Translations under genes and position numbers: made by a program
Part shown: positions 30,579 through 41,700 of the stretch, piece by piece
Position numbering within the stretch: position 1 is the first letter of the stretch
How the letters are laid out: the number at the start of each line of letters is the position of its first letter
From: Trypanosoma brucei
Taxonomy: Eukaryota
Direction of reading: 5' to 3'
DNA: 64,000 nucleotides
NCBI GenBank assembly: GCA_000002445.1
Contig: CP000069.1
Location: 928,001-992,000 of the forward strand
Notes under the pieces: model-generated
Database searches by the model: none
Told to the model about the DNA's origin: nothing
What the model saw: the letters and a program-made list of their open reading frames with translations, nothing else

Positions 30579-31447
30579 AGCGCGTTACATATTTCTTCTT
30601 GGCGTTTTATTCACTGCAGAAATGAAAGTGCCGAAATTCTTCACAATTTTCGAGCAGTATGGAGGCAGCGCATTGATGCACCACCTACAAACTTTACGGT
30701 GAAACGCTTGAATTCCGCGGACTTTGACGGCTTAGAAAAACTCAGTTCAGTGGATGCATTTCACACTCAAAAGTTCACCGCATATTGTTGCAAGACTAGC
30801 GCTTACTGAGGTTCTCGGAAGCGGTTAGTAGTCTTCCAACCACGCTTTTTTTTTTCAAATTATTTATAAACTTTTGTCACGTCATATTGTTGAAGGATCG
30901 GCGATGGAGATAAGTGTTCGTTAGGCTCGGTGGTGTTATTTGCCTTAACCTCTTTGTTGAATCCCCGGTAGCGAGAACTCCATACCCATTTGTTAGTTTG
31001 GTGGAACTCCGTTTGGGGCTCACCGCGCTGGAACATGCTCCTCAACCGGAAAGAAACAAAGATGTGAATCCACTCCACCATCTTTTTCGATAAGAGTGAA
31101 GTGCTCGAGTTTTCTAGAATATTGTTAGAAGCAACATAGTGCTCCTCATTACCTGCTTCCTTTCTTGACTGTTTCATGTATTTGCTTATTAGACATCCGT
31201 GGCCATAAAGCCTTTCGTGCCCTAAACAATAACAGTAGTGCGAAGGTAGGGACAATAACACTAACAACAAGAGAAGAGTAGTGGAAAAGAAAATCGAAGG
31301 GCCGCGGGCCGAAACTCACATCAAAGATACGATTTTTAAAAATTACTTGTGTGTTATATAGAGCGGTGTGTACAAAAGGAAGGAAAACAAAGGGGAAGTG
31401 TAAATCTTGCGGAGGAAAAGCTTAACATTGCCGGTTTACAGTGAAAG

Positions 31448-32263
31448 ATGATGGGAGGAATCTCTATTTGTGTTGCCACGGATTGTGATGGGGAGAAGGT
31501 GAACCTACGCTTTCTTTTCGATGCAGCAGGGCCATCTGTTTCACGCCTTTTGAACTATTCAACGACGGCCTTTAACAACTACTTTCGTCTGAAAGGAATC
31601 TCTCGTGCATTTGCCGTCAATTCCGCCGTTGTTTTCAATGATGTTCACTGTACTTGGGACAGGTTAGAACGCACCACACAGCTTCTGCACAACAGCCAAG
31701 TGTATCTTTTTCAGCCCGACACGCTGGACATTCCTGCTGCCATACCTGAGCCGTATGAAGGTGAGCCGCTTCTATCAGCTGATTGCTATTTGCCACTTCG
31801 TGGTGCCACCATATCTACACCCATTCCCGCCATTAAACGCATTGCCCCACAGCGCTTTGCTTCACCAAAGGGGGGCGAGAAAACGAGGTTTTCATCACCG
31901 TTAATGTTTCGTTGGGCAGGCGCAAATAAAAGCCCTGTGGGGTTTCGGCGCACGAACAGTGTTAGTTTTGACGATTGTGTGAATGACAGATCCCGTCACA
32001 ACCGTTCCTGCAGTCACTCTTTCAGTAAAGATATTCATTCTACGGGTATATCCGATGACAGCTCGTACCTGCTTCATCAGAACGGAGGGCGTGGAACCGA
32101 CAAGCATTACAGTTCCTTCTCCAGCGGTGGAAGTATTCTTCGGGAAGAGCGCGAAAAGATCGAGTTTCAGTTAAGCCTCCCCCTGGATGAAATGCGGCGC
32201 TGCGTAAGGGAGGAAACTCGCCGTTTGGACACGACTATTAGTACCCCCATTAAACGAATATGA
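31448..32263 (+). CDS. Hypothetical protein
   Basis: ATG-initiated 271-aa ORF, co-directional. No domain recognised. Confidence 0.4.
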   Translation: MMGGISICVATDCDGEKVNLRFLFDAAGPSVSRLLNYSTTAFNNYFRLKGISRAFAVNSAVVFNDVHCTWDRLERTTQLLHNSQVYLFQPDTLDIPAAIPEPYEGEPLLSADCYLPLRGATISTPIPAIKRIAPQRFASPKGGEKTRFSSPLMFRWAGANKSPVGFRRTNSVSFDDCVNDRSRHNRSCSHSFSKDIHSTGISDDSSYLLHQNGGRGTDKHYSSFSSGGSILREEREKIEFQLSLPLDEMRRCVREETRRLDTTISTPIKRI

Positions 32264-32845
32264 GGCTTCTGCCTGTAATTTCATAATGAAGCAGCAGACT
32301 AGACTATGATCAGTTGTATTTGTTTTTTTTTTATTTTTCGAGACAACGTGTCGTGGTGAGTGTTGTTTTTTTTGTTCCACAACGTATGCAGTACGGCGTG
32401 GAGGGAAACAGTGGCAACGACAACAATAGATATAAACGGTTAACGTATGAATCGATGGATGCAGGTAACAAAAGCAGTAATTTATGTATGATGCCAATAC
32501 GACAAACCGTTAAAGGCTTCGTGATTTTAATGAAAAGCATGACGGTTACATAATTTTGCAAAATAATGAGGGAGGAAAAATCTTGAAATGCCCCCCCTCG
32601 TTGCTGCCCTTCCATCTAAGTTAACCGATAGAACAAAGAAGAAACATACATTTTGTGTACACTACACAGAGCAAAGTAATAGTAAAATATAAAAGGTAAG
32701 AGCAAACAATAGCAATAATCAGGGACAAAAGATATGTATGTATGTTTCTTCTCTCTCCGTATTTGTATCGGGTGCTCGCAATGCTAAATTATACTCGTTT
32801 CCCATTTCCTGTATCTTCTTTCAATCCCTTCTTTTTCCTCTTCTT

Positions 32846-32870
32846 CCCTTCCCTTCCCTTCCCTTCCCTT
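32846..32870 (+). repeat. (CCCTT)5 pentanucleotide microsatellite within a long polypyrimidine spacer
   Basis: cccttcccttcccttcccttccctt seen directly, embedded in a pyrimidine-rich intergenic stretch of about 150 nt. Confidence 0.9.
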
Positions 32871-33656
32871 TTTTTCCTTTTCCGCACACCCATCCTTTTC
32901 CCTTATCCCACAAGGAGATGTTTAATGGAAAGTGGACCCCCTATGGAAAGTGAGCGACGGATGGTGCAAGCGGGTGAGGTATATAATAATAAATGTGAAG
33001 GTTAGTGTGGTGTTTGACCCCCTTTTTTTCTTTTTCTCTCCCTCCCCTAACGTTCCCACTATATCAGGATGAGTATGTGGGCATGAATCCTTCTTCCTGT
33101 ACTTCATTAACACTAACATTTTTAACTGATGGTGTGAAGGATGTGATTGAGGATACCACTGCTATTAACTGTGGAAATAATACAATTACCTTTTGGATGA
33201 AGGTGTATTGTTCCTCTAAATGAAGAAAAGGTGGTGTAAGAAAAAGCACTGGAAAAGAGAAGAACAATATATGTTTTTTTTTTTTAACCTTTCGAGTCGC
33301 CAATCGAGGCATTTTAAAAAAACTTTCTGCGCTCTCATTGTTGCGATCATGTATGTTCCGTTTTGTATCTTCTTTTTTTTTTACCACCTCCTCTCCACCA
33401 TCGGTTTTTTTTTCTGGTTGTTGTGGTAAAGCGCTAACTACTTCGTACTATTTCAATGGGGATCGCTTATTACCACGTAGCCTTGACACTGAAGTTACTA
33501 TTTTTTTTTTCGTAATTTGGTGCACTAGTTCTTGAACAAAGTAAAACTGAATAAAGTCTCGATCCTGCCCCTTTTCTCTCTATTTTTGTATTCTTAATCT
33601 TGTTTTTTTTCTCCCTCTTCTATTTTTTTTTGTATTGTTGGACGAAGTGAATTCAC

Positions 33657-34628
33657 ATGTCGGATTTAGAGAAACTACGTGCTTGCTGCAGAGCAGTGGT
33701 ACGACGGCAACGAAACAATGCCACTCTTGATTTTCCATGTGTGATTTGTCAGCAGGTCATTCGTGGGCAGCATGGCAGCATGGAACATTACCGTGTCAGT
33801 CATGGCATTTGCACCAGTCACTTTGATGATGTTGCAGATCTTAACGGGTTTCTCTCGCATTTGCGCTCTCTTCTGTTGCCGGCGGGCGACACCAAATTTC
33901 ATTGTCCCGTTTGTGGTGTTTCGTGCGATGGTGAGGCGTCATTAGTTGCCCATGCCGGTCAATTGGGGCATACTTTCTGGGATGCAAGAGCAATTCCAAC
34001 ACTCGCCCCCTTTTGTATTACAGCTGTTAGTAGTGGTAATGATGAGCTGCAACACGAAGAAGATGATGAAGTCACTGGTAAAGTTATTGATCAAGCATTT
34101 TATGATGAGGATGAGGATGAGGATGAAGATGAGGAGTGGGAAGAGGAACCCGCTATGTGTTTGTTGTGCGATACAACCTCTCACAATTGCCTCCTGCATA
34201 TGAAGGAAGCTCATTCATTTGATTTTGTCGCTGCGGTTCAACAACATGAGGGCGTGAATGATGTATATGACGTCATTCGTATTGTCAATATTATTCGTGG
34301 ATGCGTTGCTGACGGTACATGTCCTCATCATTACGGTGAGGATTCCCCCGAAGCTGAGAGCTGCCGGCATGAAATTGCTTCGTCATCGCTGCTGTCGCAC
34401 TTGAGATATGAACCCTTGCATGCATTACCACGAGCGATCCCCACTGGTGACAAGGAACTTATTCCGCGACTTGTGGGGGATACTTTTATATCGTCTATTG
34501 TGGTTGGGGGAAATATAAAATTCGGTGAAACCAAGTGCCAAACTGGAGGGGATGAGGGGGAAGATTATCCAATGGTGCCCACTATGATGGAGCTGGCCGC
34601 TAAACGACTAGCAAAGGGCGGGGCATGA
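33657..34628 (+). CDS. C2H2 zinc-finger protein, ZNF622/Rei1-like (acidic stretch followed by a CLLC...HMKEAHSF finger)
   Basis: Fingers CVICQQVIRGQHGSMEHYRVSHG and FHCPVCGVSCDGEASLVAHAGQLGH. An acidic DEDEDEDEDEEWEEE run immediately precedes CLLCDTTSHNCLLHMKEAHSFDF, an arrangement seen in ZNF622/Rei1-type proteins. Confidence 0.45.
   Translation: MSDLEKLRACCRAVVRRQRNNATLDFPCVICQQVIRGQHGSMEHYRVSHGICTSHFDDVADLNGFLSHLRSLLLPAGDTKFHCPVCGVSCDGEASLVAHAGQLGHTFWDARAIPTLAPFCITAVSSGNDELQHEEDDEVTGKVIDQAFYDEDEDEDEDEEWEEEPAMCLLCDTTSHNCLLHMKEAHSFDFVAAVQQHEGVNDVYDVIRIVNIIRGCVADGTCPHHYGEDSPEAESCRHEIASSSLLSHLRYEPLHALPRAIPTGDKELIPRLVGDTFISSIVVGGNIKFGETKCQTGGDEGEDYPMVPTMMELAAKRLAKGGA
34104..34136 (+). repeat. 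GAT/GAG trinucleotide run encoding the acidic DEDEDEDEDEE stretch in the ZNF622-like CDS
   Basis: gatgaggatgaggatgaggatgaagatgaggag seen directly. Confidence 0.9.
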
Positions 34629-35196
34629 TATAATTTTTTTCGAGACGAGGCGGCGGGGTGATCAATAAGACATGGTGGTTAAGGAGAAAAACAATAACAA
34701 TAAAACATAACATGTACTTCAAATTTTAAGGCCTGGTCCCGCTATAGGTGAGGAAAGAAAAATGAATATTGCTTCTTACCTCATTTGATCTTTCATATCG
34801 GTTTCAACTAGTCGACGAGTGCAGTTTTGGCAAAAACAATAAGCGAGGCAACAACAACAGCGGCAGCGGCCAGTCGCCTTTATGGTCCCCATGCTCGTGC
34901 GGAGTGTATATCATCGGCAGTGGGCAGGTCCGTAAGGAAGCAAAGCTTCAGAAGTGGAGTACACGGAACGTTTAATGTATTTTTGTCAGTTACGTATATT
35001 ATGTTAATATTGTTTGTTATTGTTAGCTGAACTCATTCATTTTTTTTTATTTACTCCCCGTCAGCAACCACCTCTTACTGAAGGAAGCGTATAAACGTAT
35101 TCATAGGTTAGAAGGGAAGTATAGAAAGGAACCTGGAAAGCAGCTTTGGGTAAGAAGAACAAAAACAGGAAGGTTTGCGTTCTATTTCATCCGAAC

Positions 35197-36327
35197 ATGG
35201 ACGATGACCTCATCCTCAACTTGGTTCGACTTGTTCGTAATGGTCGAGTTTTAGCGAGGGGGTGCGAAGAATTCATTTTTGGTGGCGTCAGGATGATGGA
35301 TTGTGGGCCGTGTACCGAAGATTACGCAAGGTTGCAAGACTACTATGCAAAAGAGGGGAATCTGTCGGAAGTTGCACTTGTTGTATCTATTAGAGGAGCT
35401 ATTGTGGAAATTTGGCGTTTTCAGGATTTTCGCTCTTTGAAGATACCTTTCCCCGCCCCAAGTAGTGCTCACCAGGCCAATTCAGCAGCTGCGAAAATGC
35501 AAGCATCCCTGAAGATATTTGTGCGAGTGATTTTTGCCTATCTTCGGATTCACGAACTTTTTTCTGAGCTCACCAACATTCGTGTTTCCGATGTGGAGGC
35601 AAAACTGGTGACAGACATGGGAGAGGTTCCAACACTGGAGGCAGATACATGTTCAAAGAGCGTTTGGGCGGTGGACGGTGTAGCGAGTGTGAAGGTCCTT
35701 TACAACAAGTTGTGGCGGATCCCAAGCCCTAATCCCAAGACATCTCCCCTAATCGATAGTAATACCACTCCACGTGAAAACTCGGTGATTGAGCTCCTGC
35801 GCCTGAGGGCAACTGCACCTGTACCAATCAATACTCGCAGTGACCGCTGCGGGGGAAGTTTGTTGGGAATGGGATCTGATTCGGCAGGCAGTGCACGGTC
35901 GGTGCCAAGCCCACTCTTTGCGCCATCCCAAATGCCAAGTTCCGTTGGCTCAACACGATTGAGTTTCACGAACAACCCAATGAAGAGCCCAATGTTACAG
36001 GTGTCATATAACCCCCTTCCTTGCGCAACAAATACAGATGACAGTTTTCCTCTCTTTAGGCCGCTACCACAAGCCGATATAGCCGCAGTTCTCGCAAGGG
36101 GTGAGGCGCTTACTCCTGCTGTACGTGGTCACACCTTTTCTAATACCCCAAGTTTTGTGGCGGGTGGTGGTTATTCATCGTCAGGGGAAGATGAAGGTGA
36201 TGTAGCGTGTACAGATGACCAACTAGTGGACTTGTTAGAAATATGTGATGGCATCTCCATCCTTGAGGAAGCCATAGATATTAATATGGTGCTGCAGCGC
36301 TTAGATACTCCGCTATTACGACCTTGA
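35197..36327 (+). CDS. Hypothetical protein
   Basis: The ORF-track start is TTG, and the first in-frame ATG (MDDDLILNLV...) is at 35197. No domain recognised. Confidence 0.4.
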   Translation: MDDDLILNLVRLVRNGRVLARGCEEFIFGGVRMMDCGPCTEDYARLQDYYAKEGNLSEVALVVSIRGAIVEIWRFQDFRSLKIPFPAPSSAHQANSAAAKMQASLKIFVRVIFAYLRIHELFSELTNIRVSDVEAKLVTDMGEVPTLEADTCSKSVWAVDGVASVKVLYNKLWRIPSPNPKTSPLIDSNTTPRENSVIELLRLRATAPVPINTRSDRCGGSLLGMGSDSAGSARSVPSPLFAPSQMPSSVGSTRLSFTNNPMKSPMLQVSYNPLPCATNTDDSFPLFRPLPQADIAAVLARGEALTPAVRGHTFSNTPSFVAGGGYSSSGEDEGDVACTDDQLVDLLEICDGISILEEAIDINMVLQRLDTPLLRP

Positions 36328-37317
36328 CAGAATAAGGATGAGGAATGATATGTGGTTACTTGAGATTTTTTCCGCACCAAATAAAAATGCGGCACATCTC
36401 GATTACTGTTCTCTTCCACAGTCGATGGCAAACTTTCCCTTTCGGTCTATCAGTTTCTTTTTGTCCTCGTTGCGTACCGTGCTCAAGTCATATTTTTTGC
36501 ACCTGTATGATATGCGTAATATTGCTTTAAACATATGCGCTGATGAGTTTGTTGTGCACAACCGAGTAGCTGTCTCAGGTTATTTATTGTGTTTTGGACA
36601 CAACGCATTTGCTGGAGAAAATTGTTTTACTTTTCTCTTGTAGTATCAGTGAGTTTACCTCTTTTTTTGTATATATATTTTTTACTTCTTTCTATGCACA
36701 TCTAGACTCCATACGTGTGTTTGGTACTCACTTCACTATCGTTGCTAATTTCCGTTTGGGAGTTACAGCTGTACGTATCCCAGTTCTTTTTTCTTCTTTT
36801 GCTCTTCCTGGAATTGCTATGTGGAGTAATTCTTTCCTTATGCCAAGAAAATATGTGAGTTTAGTGGAGTGGACTGGAGAAAAAGAAAGGCCTCCACACA
36901 TCGCTGTAATTCATTCTTTACTTACTGTGTGCCCTGATGATTGCGAGAGTGGGAAAATCCACTATACAAAACAGTAGTTGTGTTCCGGAGCGAAAGTACT
37001 TTATATATATATGTATATATGTATTGAGACGTTGTTTAGGAGGACTTTCTCGTATCCCTATTGATTCCCCTCCCCCATCCGTGAAGATTTCCGTTGTATC
37101 CCTATCTGAAACTATTTCGTCGGTAACTTTTCGTTTTTCCACGATTACTACCATAGTTAGTGCCATATTTTAGGAAATAATAACGTCACTACTTCAGTTG
37201 CAGAGGCGTATTTTTTCTTCACATGCGTCATATACCTCACAGTTGGCCCACTGCGCCCTTACAGGCGAACGTTACTCACAGGAACTTGAAAGAGAACTGA
37301 TACGTTATGGCAAACTC

Positions 37318-37923
37318 ATGCATTTCACGTCGTCACGTTGGATTACTGAGCAGCAGCGGCAGCGGGAAGGTTTGGCACTACGTTGCGCAGAGGAATATCC
37401 TTTTTGGCCCCATGGAGTTATGGGGCGTGAATCCGCTTCACTCATAATGAACACCGTATTCATAGAAGAAACGGATTTATTTCTTTTCTTCACACTAAGA
37501 CCTCTTCCTGTTCGTAGGTTGGCGCGTGAGGAGCACTGGCTCTTTGCAGACTGTGCGTGGAGCTCATTCAATAAAAATCAAGCGAAATTTTCTCATTTAG
37601 AGAACCTCTTAACAACCGTGAACCGAGTGGTGCGATGCTCCAATGCAAAGGATTCAGCGGTTGGACTGCAGAAATCCCATAGTTGTAAGAGCGCATATTC
37701 TTCTTTTGTTACTACAGGAGTTACCAAAAGGAATCGAGCATTTGAACTCATGTTTCCCTCTTCCGTCACGGAGGGGCGTTCAGCGGAGGTATTTTGGGTT
37801 GGCCGCAATGATATTATTTCACACAAACTGGCACTTTTTGAAAATGCTGTGTGGCTTCCCCTCAATTCTACTCCAGTGGCACCCAAATGCCTGTACAACG
37901 CGGACCAAGTAGTAATGCCTTAG
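37318..37923 (+). CDS. Possible small hypothetical protein (weak)
   Basis: This is the only sizeable + strand ORF in a 2.4 kb gap. The ORF-track start is TTG, and the first ATG is at 37318. No homology recognised, and it could be non-coding. Confidence 0.2.
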   Translation: MHFTSSRWITEQQRQREGLALRCAEEYPFWPHGVMGRESASLIMNTVFIEETDLFLFFTLRPLPVRRLAREEHWLFADCAWSSFNKNQAKFSHLENLLTTVNRVVRCSNAKDSAVGLQKSHSCKSAYSSFVTTGVTKRNRAFELMFPSSVTEGRSAEVFWVGRNDIISHKLALFENAVWLPLNSTPVAPKCLYNADQVVMP

Positions 37924-38762
37924 TTGTTTGTTTGTTTTTTTGCGGAGATAAAGTAGAAAAGTTAGAGCAACTTCGCGTGTATATATCCCTGTGAATTGCT
38001 GGTTGTGTTTGTTTTCCGTGAACATCTTATATATATTAAATATGTATATTTTATTCCTCTTATAAACAAAAAATATTGCACCTGCACATGTAAACAACCG
38101 CACAACATGCAGATAACTAGATACATATACATATATTTACGTTTTTTTGTCCTTTAATTAATTATGTTTGATTGTTCCACTACTGTTGGTATTTATCTCC
38201 TTTACAAGTAACTGCTCTTTACTTCCCCAGTTCGACTGGGTGCATACTTACGGATGAAAGTTATTTATTCGCTACTTATTTTGTCATTTAGGACACACGA
38301 AAAAAGGGTTGTCGACCTCATCGGGGACTGCTGAGCTGCATCCGATTGCTTTATTATTTTTTATTTGTTGCTGTTGTTTTATTTTTCTTTCACCCTTTTC
38401 ATAAGAAGTCGGAGGAGGAGGAGACGACTGTTGGGGTGTTTTTTGTGAAAATCATGGGAAATAATTGTCAAAGGGTATTGGTGGGGATACTGGTTACTTA
38501 CATGAATAGCTCCTCAGATTTTTTTTTAAAACCTAAAGTAAAATAACAACGACACCGAAGTAGGTGTGAGAAAGAAAAACAAAAGGTATATTGAAAAGTG
38601 TCGAACAGTTTGAAGCAAATGGGAATGGAGAAAAGCTGTAAATCATTGCGCACTCCAACTCTTGCTTCTTTTTTTTTATGTGGTGCACGAAAAGCAAAAA
38701 GAATCGTAGAGCAAGGGTTACGCCAATCAAACGAAAGTGTGGGTACCGACGAAGATTAAGAA

Positions 38763-41700
38763 ATGCAGAGTGCATACACAATAAAGGTTAGTGAAAGGCA
38801 GGCTGATGGTGTTCGTGATGTTTCAGTCTTCCATCATGGGGAACTTCACTTTTCAACATCACACCGGAATATGAAGTGGGCCGTTCTTACGCGATTCCCA
38901 GCTCCTTTTACACAACATGGGGGCTCCTTACATCCGGCGGCAATCTCACTACCAGATGAAAAATGCGATGTCGCCTCTGCTTGTAGGGGCAACGAGAAAC
39001 AACGGGATCCAGTTGTTGTTGGGAAGAGTGATATCGACAGTGGGTCAAAACTCATGTATGAATACCTCTGCGTTTTCCACTGCGATGAACCGCGGAACCG
39101 TCTTAGTCACTACACTGCTCATCAGCCATGGACTATTTGTTCAGCGTACAGCACAGCGGACCCGGCTGCCGTGACGCACTTCGTGCTAAACAATATTAAT
39201 CCCTCCTGCGTTGTGCCCGGTCTCCGTGGTGTGTTTGTTCATGGCACACCGCAAAGTGTTCCCACTGTCCCATCACCGTTAATTCAAGTCGGTGTAAACA
39301 CCTTTCAGCCCGCTGCTGATTTGTGGTGGATGGTCTCTCAGTTGGCGATTAATCCGGTATATGTTTCCGTAGGTGGAGGTAACCCCGCCACGTGTCTTCC
39401 CACAGGCGACGCCGCAGCGAATTCAACACGCATGCATATTTACAACTGTGAGGACAACATGGAGTGCGTTGCGCCCAAATATGCACTGGTAGGGTCTACT
39501 GTTCTCGCCCAGTTTCAGGTTTCGGAAGATAGAATGATGGTGGTTGCAGTTGGTGGAAATGATGTTCGTTTGGCTATGACCACCGTTAGTGAGCACGTGG
39601 GAATTATGTTGTGGGTGTGGTGGCCCCAACGGTTGCATATGCCTAATCTCCGCGTTAAGGGTGCCTCTGTCTCGTTAACGGTGTCGGAGAGTTGCCGTGC
39701 CAACGTGCAAGTCCTGTTTCTTTTCGACGCCTCGCGTGGTTCGCTACACGTTCTGAGGACACCGGATCTTCTTACAGCTAAGGGATCGCTGGACTTACTG
39801 TTTACCATATCAACAAATTGCCCGCCCGTCGTTCTTCCCTGTATGTGCTCTTCCATGATGCAACCCATCATGGTTTGCAATAGGCCTTCTGTGAATGAAG
39901 TCGCGCTCTACTACGTCCCGGAACTATTACGAACACCACTGTCTACCAACTACATGGCCACAATGTCTCTTAGCGGGGTGCTACCTAAAAATGTTATCGT
40001 TGAAGGAGTGTCGTACCACAACGGTTCGACCGTTGTTTTCGAGGCTGCAGTGGCCGGTAGTGATAGGGAGCCATCTGTTGCAGCTAGTCATCAACAGTAT
40101 GCATTCAACTTTCCTTCACTTCTGGATGAACAACATCCGCTTGCTCGTTTCATTTTGGAGGCTCTTGAGCCGGTGTTCGAAACTGAATGTGTGGCCCTAC
40201 TGCAATGTGAGTTGCTCCGACGCTCGTGGAAAAGTAAACGCAAAGGGCAAGTATGGGACTTTGGCACTGGATGCTTAGAGCTTATTGCAAACATTGTACA
40301 CAACAGTATGTCTCCCAATAGTGACAGAAGGGGTAGTCCTTCTGGGGGGGGAAGATACGCGGCAGCGGGTGGCAGCGGTAGTGGTCGGTCCGTCAGTCAA
40401 ATGTGTGATGCTGCGCCGTCCGGTTTGGAGTTGCAAACTTCCTCAGCTTGCACGTTTGTAGACAAAAATTTTCGTCTTTGCGACGTCGTAGCGGATCCCA
40501 TTCTCATGACAGCTGACACACTGCAGAAAAATGCCTTTCGGTTTCAAGACCGAGGACATCATGAAAACCATGGAAAGTTTAGTTCTGAACTTGACCATGG
40601 AAACATATGGACAAAGAAACAATGTGGGCTATGTGTTTTCACACTCCATCTACTCTACGAAAGTCTCAAGTTACAGGAACGCTTTTGGATTCTACTTGAA
40701 CCTTTGGCACGGTTAAACCTGCGACTAAGTGAAATTATGCAGTGGTCTCAGTATACTCGTTACTACTCAACATGCTTGTGCGAAACGGAAACTGAAGATT
40801 TTGCAGGACACACCACAACTGGCGCCTCTCGAACGGGGACTACCGTTTCTTTCCAGCGCGCGCTCCCCGAGAACCTTCTTATTGAGTATTTCAAATTTCA
40901 CACCTCTTCCTCGACAGCGGCAGTTATGAGTGGTGCGCCTCCCTTATTGTATACTATTCTTCAGCGTGTGCTTAAGGGGAAAGCACGGACTTCCGGTGGT
41001 TGGCCCGCTATTCGTGGCATCACCAGCAGCAATCCACTTTCGTTGGCCAACAAACTCTTTTTTATGCTGGTAGATTGCTTCGATGCACCGCAAGTGACCG
41101 CAAGAGTACCTACGAGTTGGTGGTTCACCTTGTGCAAAGGGTTGCTGGAATATGATATTGACCCCAAATTCGTCTCAACGGAGCTCTGCGCTGGCGTTGG
41201 GCAGCCTATCGAGAGAGCGTTGTGTATTGCAAAGGACCATCCCGACGATATATGGAATGATGACTTTAATACGATAATTGGGCGTTTGGACAGGCTTCAG
41301 CACAATTTAACATCGACACGGTGCGTCAATCCAGCTGGTGATGTTGTGCGGACAGCACAAGAGAGGGCAATCGGTAGGGAGTACAGGGCCACATTGAACG
41401 ATGACGATGGTGTTATTATGCGGCCTGACTTTCCAAAGCGCTGGGGTGATTCTCGTTTAGATATTGTTCAGAGCATGTTCAATACGGCGGCACCGATCAC
41501 CCTGCCCAGTCAAGTGGATGGTACGGATGCAATATACGGTTCATTAAGGAACCTTTCAAGGAGAGCAACTGCCTTACCTGTTGGACGTGGAATGTTTACC
41601 CTATGTACGCAAAATTTTCGGGTGAGGGACAGTGTCCCGATACCTCCACTCAACCTGGAGGGGCGAACTAGTGATGGCATCACCATTACAAATAATTTTG

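Noticed and set aside
32738-33535. Several 65-107-aa ORFs in the 1.4 kb spacer upstream of the ZNF622-like gene
   Set aside because: They are translations of CCCTT/CT-rich polypyrimidine sequence (PFPFFPFP-type peptides), which is regulatory spacer rather than coding.
36538-36660. C-box-like CTGATGAG that could indicate a C/D snoRNA
   Set aside because: No properly spaced D box (CUGA) or terminal stem was found within 60-120 nt. It is kept only as part of the ncRNA-gap finding.
36594-36977. 127-aa + strand ORF in the 2.4 kb gap
   Set aside because: Hydrophobic low-complexity translation of T-rich spacer (FFVYIFFTSFYAHL) with no homology. It is unlikely to be coding.
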